Positions 10,928 through 21,171 of a stretch of DNA of 64,000 nucleotides are shown piece by piece. A program made the position numbers and the translations under genes. The notes below the pieces were generated by a model. That model ran no database searches. It worked only from the letters and a program-made list of their open reading frames with translations, and was not told the origin of the DNA. Each line of letters starts with the position of its first letter. Position 1 is the first letter of the stretch. The stretch is from a virus. Its lineage: Duplodnaviria; Caudoviricetes. Where the stretch lies: the IMG/VR virus record IMGVR_UViG_3300021387_001709, positions 96,001 to 160,000 of that record. One strand, given 5' to 3'.

Positions 10928-13201
10928 TCAAGCGTTATCAATAATCACACCAAACAGCTCATCAATAACAACGCCGATTCCCTCGTAGTACCAGATCTCA
11001 GCTTCAATTGTACGATCCTGAAGAGAGCCGTCCATTCCACGTTCGAAGTATTCTACGTCGCCCTCATTAACTCTCTTAATCGGTTTGAAAGAGTCATCAA
11101 TCGGAACGATGAAAATCTTCTTATTATCATTAGCGGTAAAGATAGAGGTACGAGTGCCTTCCTCATTTACTCTGTCAAGAACAAGACAATCATAGCCTTC
11201 CCACATTCCAAGCATACCTTTTTCATGGAGTTCCTGTTTCATATCATTACTCCACATTTTGTAATTCACGGTATTCTGAAGTTTCTGCATTGCAACACGA
11301 GTACCTACAAGCATAACATCCTTACCGGTTGTAGCTTTAACTGCCTCAATTTTATCAATGATAGAATCTTTAGTAGCCTCAGTAATTGCAATACTAGCTT
11401 TCATATCAGCCGGAAGATAAGAGTCAAGGCTCATGAATGCAGTATAAAGCGCAGAATAACGATGTTTTTCGATGCTTCTATACATAAGGTCTACCATTTC
11501 GGAGAAATCAACCTTGCCAAGCATAAACATCTCAAAATCAGTATAAACTTTAATTACATACGGATAAGTATCAATCGAGAATCCTTTTCCCGGAAGGACT
11601 TTCTGACGTACACTTTTTTGTTTAACATATATTATTTTTCCAAATTTTTATCATCAAATATAAAATGCCAATGGTATCCTCCGCAGGTATGACGTTCACC
11701 ACGGCAAGCTTTTAGAATTCCTCCGCTTTCCAGTTGTAATTCCTTTGAAGCAGTAGAGGCATTTATATATTCCATATTTAACTCTTCACAGAATACTTTA
11801 GTATAATTTTTATTATAAGGTTCGTAATGTTTCTCTTTTTTCGCATCACTTATTTTCTTTTTTGTCTCCTCTGTATGATGCTTTCCATACATAACATTAT
11901 TCTCACCAAGTATTCTTTCTTTATTTAAAGGATTTTCCCAATAGCGTCTTGTAGTCTCACTCCTTCGTTGTCTCAAATCCCCATTTTCATATGAGCGTTT
12001 AACGGACTCACTCATTTTATTTTTTATTTCATCCGTATAATATGAGGAGCAATTCTACCCACCTGTTTTTTTATTATATCCATACTTTCTGTTTAATGCG
12101 TTATAATATTCAATATAATATATTTCTTTTTCATCAAGTTCATTTGCATCACATTCCTCTATAATATAAAAAATGAAATTATTTTCTCCATATTTATTCC
12201 AAGAATTCTGCAAATGACTATTCCCATGATAGTTTGACTTCAATGCATTTTTATGTTTTCTCCATCTGTCATATATATCATGTGCCTATCCGACATATTT
12301 TTTATGATTAACTATATTTTCTATACAATATATCCCAGATATTATATCTTTCTTCATTATTACCTACCTTTTTTATATTTGGAAAAATAATTTTATTGGG
12401 GTCGCTACTCCCAGTTCGGTTTAAAACCGCTCAAGCTTTCACTTGAGAACAGACTATATCTTTTTCGTTAAATAACGAACACACCATTTCCATTTAAGGG
12501 GTTTTCACCCACCCGCTTGGGCCGTACTCCTATTGTCACATTATATGACCATGGGATAGTCGTTGAACATTCTCTTATTTAGAGCTTTGCTGCTGATTGC
12601 CCATTACCAAAACAACAGGGGATTTAACCTCGTTGTCATACAATTAATTTTTTCTACTTTCGTAACCATCACATTTGTACTTATTCATTACTCTGTTGTG
12701 GTTTAATTGTCTTTGGGGTTTCCCAGCAATTAGATGTGTATTTTAACATACAGCTTACGCTATACGGACACTGTTTTAGCCAATGTCATGATGATTGCCA
12801 GCCCATTTGCTAACCTGAAGAAGAGCAGTATTATTAGCTGTGAAATAATTCATATCACCGCGAGCAATATTAACATCCTCTACATAGTTCATAAAACGAG
12901 CATTCGTAGAATCCCAGCCGGAAACCATCTTGTCAGCAAGGACATTTTCGATTACAGAACAGATCTCAATGCCATGTGCTCTCCAAGCCTGTCTACGCTC
13001 CATACGTTTGGCATTCTTAAAGTCAATACCAAGAATCTTATTAAACTAGTTACGAATAATCTCAGAAGTCTGAGCCTTAGAATATTTTTCATAAACACCA
13101 TTTGTGGCGTCCATCATAAGATCGTTGAACTGAAGCATATTCTCATAGTTATTATCAAATTTTGCAACAACATTATTGCTAAAGCATGTAATATCTTTCA
13201 T
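10928..13201 (-). CDS. major capsid protein, 367 aa; exons 12783-13201 and 10928-11612; 1 in-frame TAG (13046)
   Basis: RBS GAGGTG, ATG 13201; spliced junction GNHHDI|VRQKVLPG; size and position after scaffold and decoration genes. Confidence 0.82.
11613..12782 (-). mobile_element. group I intron, 1170 nt, carrying a GIY-YIG ORF
   Basis: P1 GACAU/GUGUC with U.G, P10 ACA/UGU, R UUCAACGACUA, S AAGAUAUAGUCU, terminal G 11613. Confidence 0.9.
11632..12357 (-). CDS. intron-encoded GIY-YIG homing endonuclease, 241 aa (2 in-frame TAG)
   Basis: SGIYCIEN...KKYVG(TAG)AHDIYDRW..H; NUMOD3-like GKHHTEETKKKIS; C-terminal TCGGYHW. Confidence 0.88.
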
Positions 13202-13226
13202 TTCTTTTCACCTCTCTTCCTTACCA

Positions 13227-13835
13227 TTAGTTATTATTATCCACGTTCTGAATCACATAAATACGAACAAGAGTATAATCATTGTTTGTATAAATGCTAT
13301 GAACACGACCAACAAAACCAAAGTTTGCCATTGTCGGAGCGGCTACCTGAGCAACATATTTTCCTGTTCCATCAAGAACAACATATGCGTCCTCTCTTAC
13401 ATTAGTCTGAGAAGCTTCGGTAAACATGTTGAGAGATACTCCAAAAATGTCTCCATCATATTTGTCGCCAACTACCTCATAAACCTTAGAGTCCTGTCCG
13501 GCTTTATTGTAGAAGAATCCCTCGGATGCTTCATACTGGCTTCTCGCATCTTTAATAAGTGCGGGAGAACCAACGATTCCGACTTTATCCTTAACACCGG
13601 CGATTGTCGCATAACGCTCCTGGAGACCTTTATCATTATGAGTGAAGTCCCCAACTTTCACCGCAACGGCATTATCTACGTTGATAGGTGTTCTTGTGAT
13701 GTTTGCACCGGTGCCGGTCTCGGTTACTACAAGGCAATCCCAGAGGTGTCCGGAAATTGTACTTTTGAGCAGGGAGGATTCGAAAATCCCATGAGTACCG
13801 CCGGCAAGTTCAGTTAAATTACTAAAAATAGCCAT
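13227..13835 (-). CDS. putative head decoration protein
   Basis: Between scaffold and capsid genes, RBS AAAGGAG, no TAG. Confidence 0.65.
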   Translation of the reverse strand: MAIFSNLTELAGGTHGIFESSLLKSTISGHLWDCLVVTETGTGANITRTPINVDNAVAVKVGDFTHNDKGLQERYATIAGVKDKVGIVGSPALIKDARSQYEASEGFFYNKAGQDSKVYEVVGDKYDGDIFGVSLNMFTEASQTNVREDAYVVLDGTGKYVAQVAAPTMANFGFVGRVHSIYTNNDYTLVRIYVIQNVDNNN

Positions 13836-13919
13836 AGTTTTTATTTCTCCTTTCTTTATAATAAATTTCAAAATGATAAGAGATTTTACTCTCCATTATT
13901 AACTAACTTTTTAATAGAA

Positions 13920-15629
13920 TCATTTCCTAGAATTAAGAAGCCCATCTAAAAACGAACTGTTATGTTCTACCCTTGCAAATGCAAAGAAATCTTTCTTCGG
14001 TTCTTCTTTCTTCTCGGAAGTATCTGCCGCAAAATTTAACTTACCGGCCTTTGCATACTGAAGCAGAATTGCGTCAGCTTTATCTTTGACTTCATCAACC
14101 GTAAGATTAAAATAATTCTCACGTTTCTTAAGATCTTCAAATTCCTGAGTACCGGCAATACTTGTATAATCTGCGGAATTAAGAACTTCAACCTTCTCCG
14201 GTTCAGATTCATATTTAGCAAGTTTATCAGAAATATCAGAATAATTACTCTTCATAGACTCAAGCTGAGCTTGCTCGTCCTTGCTTAAATACGTACAGAA
14301 CACCTCGGTGCGATCACCCTTTAAGGAATATACATCTTTCTTCACCTGATAAGATTGACGGTAATGTTTCCCATTCCAATAATCATGCATATACACGATT
14401 TTCTCATCTTCCAGTGCGTCCACGTCATACCAGGCATTATCGCTTTCTCCGTAAGTGGAATTCACAAGCTCATAAAGTGCGTTAAGTTTCTCCATCAGAG
14501 TAGAAGAGAACGTCTTTACTTCACCGTTAAAAGACACAGTTTTGTTAATACTATATTCCTTCTGCTGACCATTGTTTAGAACACCGTCATCAGTTACGGC
14601 GTCTTCCGGTTCTTCTTCCTCAGAATCGTCGGTGGTGTCTTCGTCATCAGAAGTGCCTTCGCCATCCGAATCATCTTCTCCATCAAATTCATCAACCACT
14701 TCGGGAGTTTCTTCGGTAACTTCTTCATCCACTTTTTCAGAAGATTCTGTCTCGGTAACCTGAGTTTCCTCATCAATGGTTTCATTCAATTCGATGTTTT
14801 CTTCCTCAATAGTCTCATCTGCTTTGTTTTCATCAAATTCCAAACCATGTTCCTCCTTTCTTTGGTCGTTATTTATATGATTATCAAGCTTATTCATAAC
14901 AGCTTGCGTAATCTCATCAATCAATTCTGCCTTATTAAACATAACAGAATTATTTTCGGCGCTAAAATCAGCAATATCTAATCTGGCGCCCTCCATGCCT
15001 TCACCAATTTCTTCTCCGGAAACGGGATCTACTCCGAGTAATGTGGCACCTAACACAACCACATCTTCAAGGACAAGTTCCTTCTCCTTTGAATCATAAG
15101 ACATTTTATTTACACCCAATTCAGCAGAAAGTTTCGTCCCGCCTTTGCGTTCAATTATATCGGCAGCAGCAGTGTAGTTTCTCGGAATTGCGCATTTCGC
15201 AAACAAATATTTTCTGTCTTCATGCTCAGAATCCTATTCGATATAAGGTTTATCTGCTGTAAAGCATCCCACTTGTTTTTCATAGTATGTAATAGAACCA
15301 TCATCATTAAACTCAAAATCGTGAGAAGTAAAATCCAGTTCTCCGTTTACATCTGTAAAATTTGCAAGAATCGGTTTATACGCAACAGTAGAAGCGCTAT
15401 TCTTCAAACCTTCTTCTGTTAAATTTGACCGGTTTTTGTTGCGTCCGCAATGCATCAGCTTAACCGTACCAATTAACAAAGAATCATCTTCTGAATCTTC
15501 CTTATCAAATACCGCCGGCACTTGTACACTTAGCTGATATCCAGTCTCTTTCGAATCAAAAGAATTAAAATTCTGCTATTCACAAAATTCAATTAAATTC
15601 TCTAATGTCAGAATTTTCTTCTTCAACAT
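13920..15629 (-). CDS. prohead protease/scaffold protein, 569 aa (2 in-frame TAG)
   Basis: RBS GGGAGG, ATG 15629; HCGRNKNRS, acidic linker, coiled-coil C-terminus; internal RBS plus TTG at 14843. Confidence 0.78.
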
Positions 15630-15676
15630 ACTTCCTCCCTTCTTTTTAGAATTTCTCTCCAAAGAATAGGAGAGTA

Positions 15677-15859
15677 TCAAAATGTTATTTTATTCGTAAA
15701 ATTTAACTTCATACCGTCATCAGCGGAAAACGTCAAATTAGTATTATTAATAAATACCCATTGACTCCCTTCTTTCGGAAGTTCTTCGTAACCGAGTTGG
15801 CGCAATTTCTCGGCGGTTTCCTCATCAGATGTATGAATAAAAAATTGTTTATTTCCCAT
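15677..15859 (-). CDS. hypothetical protein
   Basis: RBS AGGTGA before ATG 15859. Confidence 0.6.
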   Translation of the reverse strand: MGNKQFFIHTSDEETAEKLRQLGYEELPKEGSQWVFINNTNLTFSADDGMKLNFTNKITF

Positions 15860-15863
15860 AATA

Positions 15864-16088
15864 TCACCTACAAACATCATTAATTATGTCAGCGGTTTTT
15901 GTAAGTTCTTCGCGAGCCTTTTCACTAAACCCTGTGTCAGCAACTAATGCCTATGCAAGATACAGACAAAAATTTAGAAGAAATTCATCCTCAACATCAG
16001 TAGTAGATTCATCACTATTAAATACCTTATCTGATATTTGGTTATATTTTTCTATACACTCAGTTGTGTTTGGGTAAAAATTTTTCAT
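15864..16088 (-). CDS. hypothetical protein, 74 aa (1 in-frame TAG)
   Basis: RBS AAGGA, ATG 16088, TGA 15864. Confidence 0.55.
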
Positions 16089-16095
16089 TTTCCTT

Positions 16096-16818
16096 TTATC
16101 TCCTTTTATAATTTATATTTTCAAGTAATAGTTTATATTTATCCGGAAGTTCATTTAGACGATACCAAAAATATCCGTAAGCCTTGTGTGTTTTACTAGT
16201 AATAGTATAGGCTAATTTTAACGTTTTCTATTTAAATTCTGGATTTAAAGAAATAATTATACTCGGTGAATCATATACACCTATTATTTCAGTACAAGCA
16301 TCATTCATCTATATGATGCCACCGTATTTTTGCTTGAACTTAAGCGTACATATCTCACTGCTTGATAACCATTTAATATTATGTTTTAGTAATATTTTTT
16401 TAATCGTTTCGGGTGATACCTAAAAATATTTCGCCGTAAGACCAGCTATATAATTATTCTATATATGGATATTAATAACTTTCTCTTCGTCCAAATTTAA
16501 ATAACTTTTGCCATCTCCGCCGAGAGTCCCATTATATCCCTTACAATCTTTGTATCCTACATATGCACGATATTTTTCAATGTAATATTTTTCTCTATCA
16601 CATAAATACTAACCATTTTCAGCTTCTTCAATTACATCAAAATGAAAATGCTCTACGCCATAACAATTCATCGCGTCATATAAAGGGCGCTTTTCAAATC
16701 TCCGGCGCTTATAATCACTCTAGTGTTCTTTCCATCTATCATAAGGATTATTATCCTCTGTTTTCCCAATATAAACTTTATCATTAATGTCGCAAGTTAT
16801 TTTATAAATCCAACCCAT
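16096..16818 (-). CDS. free-standing GIY-YIG endonuclease, 240 aa (5 in-frame TAG; absent from ORF track)
   Basis: MGWIYKIT...KVYIGKT...RWKEH, REKYYI, GYNGTLGGDG, C-terminal KAYGYFW; RBS AGGAGG. Confidence 0.85.
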
Positions 16819-16857
16819 AATTTTACCTCCTAGTGTAATATAACCTAGCTATCATAA

Positions 16858-16925
16858 ACACAGAATAGGAGAGAGCTAGGACATCTCTCCATATAAGGTT
16901 TGCAACTCCTTATATTATTCTGTGT
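16858..16925 (-). promoter_or_regulatory. three-way-junction RNA element upstream of GIY-YIG gene
   Basis: Outer stem ACACAGAATA/TATTCTGTGT, TTGCAA-loop hairpin, hairpin with anti-SD loop TCCTAGC. Confidence 0.6.
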
Positions 16926-16928
16926 GAG

Positions 16929-17000
16929 CAAGGGCGCCAGGTGCCGTCCCCGGTCCTCGCGGGTTAGAGCCGCGCGCACTAGCTGGTATGCTACGCCCCT
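16929..17000 (-). tRNA. amber suppressor tRNA (anticodon CUA), presumed Gln
   Basis: Acceptor AGGGGCG/CGCCCTT+G73, D stem GCAT/GTGC, anticodon arm CGCGG-CTCTAAC-CCGCG, T arm CCGGG-GACGGCA-CCTGG; CCA not encoded. Confidence 0.88.
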
Positions 17001-17047
17001 ATAAAACATTAACGCATTACCGCGCTAAATTCATTAAATAAAATAAT

Positions 17048-17072
17048 AGAGCGGGAGCTTAATCCCGCTCTT
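17048..17072 (-). terminator. terminator-like hairpin
   Basis: AGAGCGGGA/TCCCGCTCT stem followed by T-rich tail. Confidence 0.45.
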
Positions 17073-17081
17073 AATTACCAA

Positions 17082-17489
17082 TTATAAATATTTGTCATAA
17101 AATTCATCATTAACTAAATCAACAACTTTATCAAGAATATCAAGGTTTTTAATAGCATCATTTAATTCTTTATAAAGATATCTATTCGGAACAGGATTAT
17201 GTGCTACATCTCCATAAACACGAAAATCATGTTCTGCACAATCTACAAAAGATTTACACTCAGTTTCATCTATATTATAAAATACTACGCCAACTGTCTC
17301 TTCATATTTCCCAGTAGAATCATTATATTTGCAAATCAAATAATTATCATCCGGATAATCTGTAGACTTAAACCATGATATTATTTCATCACCCGGTTCA
17401 TTATCGCAACTATAAATAACATCATAATCAACGCGATAAACCGCACCACATATACTCAATATATTATTTAGTTTTAGAATTTTATACAT
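17082..17489 (-). CDS. hypothetical protein
   Basis: RBS AAGGAG, no TAG. Confidence 0.65.
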   Translation of the reverse strand: MYKILKLNNILSICGAVYRVDYDVIYSCDNEPGDEIISWFKSTDYPDDNYLICKYNDSTGKYEETVGVVFYNIDETECKSFVDCAEHDFRVYGDVAHNPVPNRYLYKELNDAIKNLDILDKVVDLVNDEFYDKYL

Positions 17490-17517
17490 TTGTTTCTCCT
17501 TTTAAATCCTATAGTTT

Positions 17518-19098
17518 TTATGCTATTTCAGAACCAGTATTTCTACTTCTTTCAGCACTACCGCTTAAATCATCGTCATCTGATCTAGGTCTTCCGACAG
17601 TATTACTGGAAGTATTATAACTTGATTGTAGTGGCTTCATCATATCCTTAATACCAATAGCATTCTCAAACCTAATCTTGTTGATTGCTTTATACGGTGT
17701 TCCTTCAACAACAGATAAATAATCCAATGCCGGGCCGCCAAGTGTCGCGGAGTCTTTATATCTCTGAATATAATCATCCTCGTTAAACCAGGTTATTCTC
17801 AGTATTTCAAAGATATATCCCTTTGATATATTTTCTGCAATATAAAAATTCAGCCAAGATTCTAACCTATTTACCCAGACCCACACATTTGATTGATCCG
17901 CAAGCTGAGCAAATTTAATAGCCAGATTAGAAGTAGAATTACCGCCGGACACAACTGTTTGTGTTAATCCGCTGTTAGAAAACAGATTATTTATAGATTT
18001 CGCTAACGCATCTGTATCCGACGCATGTGACGTGTCATTAAACGTGATTTTATCGATATCAAATGGAGCAGTAATAACACCGACCAAATCCGGCACTGAC
18101 TGTTCCTCAAGCTGTCGAAAATAATTAACCATCTCCATTGAGATAGCAAAATCATCAACATCCCCGCTATTACCATTGTCCACTAACGGTATCTTATTCA
18201 CAATCAAAGCATAATTCTCAAGTTCTGTTTTAGATTGAAGAATCTGCTACAAATCAAGCAAATCTAATAAATCCGTAAACAGCGGAAGAAAATATGGCAA
18301 TGGGAAAGAGAACTCATCTTCCGGACCAATTAACAAAACACAACATTTTTCGGGAGGTAATCTAAACCATTGATAATCTCGTCCGCCATCCTTATATGAA
18401 CGATATCCGTTAATAAATACTTCATCCCATGTTGCATAACTTCCTTGTCCGTCAACTCCAAGGACAAACTCACTATTGTTGGCTGCATCAAAAAATGCCG
18501 CATTAAAATACACAACCCACTCGCCATACTCATTTTTTCCTACAATCCTACAATACTGAACATCTAACGGCATTAAAAATGTTCTTCCCTATTTATTCTC
18601 GTAAACATACCCAGCATAAAATCCGTCACGGATTGCAAGATATAATGCGGTATACATATCTTTTTTTAGGCTGAATTTATCAAAAGTCTCGAGTACTTTT
18701 TGATAACCTTTAAGTGCTTTATCAACATCTATATCTTCAGACAAATCATTTGCTTGAGTAATTGTATAATAGAACAACGGCATCGCCGCCATATACATAA
18801 TCATTTTTTGATATAACATTGAGTTCCTGACTAAAAATCTCGAAATTTCTCGAAGAGTATCTTGATTGTTAGCCGGAGACTAAACATATGTTTTTACGAG
18901 ATCTTTAGTGTATTGCGTGAAAGTTCTGTTTACAGACCTAGTGGCGTTACGCTGAAGAATTTCTTCCATTTTTGCGAATGTCATTGTCTGCGCACGTTCA
19001 CGCTTATATGAAAAATCCTCCACATCCGTGGGAATTGTAGTTATTTTAGTTTCATTATTTTTGGGGCCGCGGTCAGCGGTTTTCTTTCTTGTTGCCAT
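17518..19098 (-). CDS. portal protein, 526 aa (3 in-frame TAG)
   Basis: Four ORF fragments in one frame joined by TAG at 18880, 18589, 18247; PLQSSYNT...VGRP tail; follows terminase. Confidence 0.82.
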
Positions 19099-19113
19099 GC
19101 GGCACCTCCTTCA

Positions 19114-21171
19114 TTATTTAAATCTGGTTACTTTTTTGGGTTGACGGAATGTAAATTGAGAAAATAGCTATTGTGGATCTTGATTTTTAGGCTTTTTCAA
19201 AATATCACTTCTACGTTCTTGAAGTAAAGCCCATCCAAGCAAAGCGCAAGTATATGCGCGATCATCGTGCATTTTATTTGCCTTTTCCGGTGTTAATTCA
19301 AAAGAATCTTTGCCTGTATCTCTCTTCTTCCTCACCATATTTACCAATTCTTCTTTTAATATATCTATATTAACAAGACCAATTTCATCTCGCCAATCCA
19401 ACTTAATAGTTTTCGTTTTTACCGATTGTAGTTTATTAAGTTCCTCTTTTAACTTTTCTTCAAACTCTTTCCCTACAATCTTTTGTTTCTTTAATTTTTC
19501 AGTTATCTTTTTTGTCTCTTCATCAATCATTTTCTAATCAACATCAAAAACAGTAAGATATCCTTTATGATCGTAATTAGCGGTAAAACTAATTTTATTC
19601 TAATTTAACATTTCTATAAGTGCTTCGTACATCTACGATTTATAAGCACTTGGATTCATCATATGGAGTTTTCCCTAAACCGCGTCCGGAAATCTTTTAA
19701 CGTACTCCTCAGAATATTCCTTATCTATAAAACCTCTGTGTTCAACCCCGGCTTTATCGACCCAGTTTTGCATTAACATATCCGCAATAATTGGACCACC
19801 CCCACCAGAACCGGCATCTATATAAATTCCAAGAATATTATCATAATTATCAGCACCACCATTATAATCAAGAATCATTTGTCTTAAATATTCAACTTGA
19901 TCCGGTGTTTGCATAGGTGATTTTATTTTTTTACCTACGTCTAACAGATTAACTAAATTAACAATTCTCGCTTTATATTCCTTCGACCCATCAGGAAGTG
20001 GAGATTCGTAACGCTCAGCAACTAAAACTACAGAATTATCTCTCATCCTAGCTGGATCATAACAAATCCAAAATTTCCTATTACCGATATCATTACTATG
20101 AACTGGTTTTCTCGTTTCTTCGTTACGAGTAATGACTCCGCGCTTTACAATAGCATCAGCTCCAGCCTCTGTGGTAAATTGACAATAATATTCTCGTCTA
20201 GCCTTTTCGGGATTTGTTCTCATTTCATAATCAACTGTTGAGCGAGATAGAAGAGGAGCAACAAGTTCTCCTCTAATTGTAGGTTTAAATGCCAACTCAC
20301 AATCCATATGAAGAACAACATACTCCGGATTACCCATTATCATATTTTTCGCGAATTCTCTATATAACCTATAGAATGCAGTATCCGTACTACTTGCGGA
20401 ACTAATATATATTTTTTGATATCCAATTCCTTGTGGAAAACATCTCTATCTAATTGGGTCTATAGATTTACCACTAGCGTCCTTACCAGTTTTAAGATTT
20501 TTATTTACAGCAGCAAACGCTCCATAAACGTTCATCAATTCATCAGATAAAAATCCACTTTCATCAAACACAATCGTGCCTCTGTAGCCACGGTGTGCAT
20601 CTATATTAGCATTTAACGTTTGGGAAAAAGAACCATTATACAAAGTATATTTAAAGCCGTCGGAAGAATGGCTAAAACCATCTCCAGACGCATTGCTAAT
20701 GACAATCTCATCCTTAAATATCTTTCCAGTAGAACCTGTAAAGGTATCAATATTATCATTTGCTAATTTTTCAAGAGTAGTGAAAGTATTCTGTGCCTAA
20801 CTACCGGACCCACTAGCAATATATGCCCAATAATTATTGAATAACATCCCCTTAGACATTAACTCCAGATCAATTACTGTCGATTTACCAAAACCTCGCG
20901 TACAAACAAGGAGAGAATTTGGAGTAAACCATGTTCTCTATACGGCGAGCGACTACATATCTAATAACTCAATATTGAAAAAATTATCAATAAATCTAAC
21001 AGGATTACATTGATAATACTTCTGCATTTCTGCAATTGCTAACAAAGACTCAATTTTTCTACTAGACATAGGATAATCAATTGGCTTGACAAATACACCG
21101 TAATCTTTATAAAAGTCCTTGTCATAATCCAAATAGCCAAAATCATAAACTGGAGAAATCAGCGTCTTCAT
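19114..21171 (-). CDS. terminase large subunit, 685 aa (9 in-frame TAG)
   Basis: LLDM(Q), Walker A CTRGFGKST, Walker B IVFDESG, YISSAS, nuclease YDPARMRDNS / IDAGSGGGG / HDDRAY. Confidence 0.9.

Noticed and set aside
16929-17000. Pyrrolysine tRNA
   Set aside because: Standard 5-bp anticodon stem, no pyl genes, and TAG sites match Gln positions
5579-17072. Identical GAGCGGGA/TCCCGCTC stems at 5581 and 17049 as a mobile repeat
   Set aside because: Only 8-9 bp are shared, with different loops and contexts
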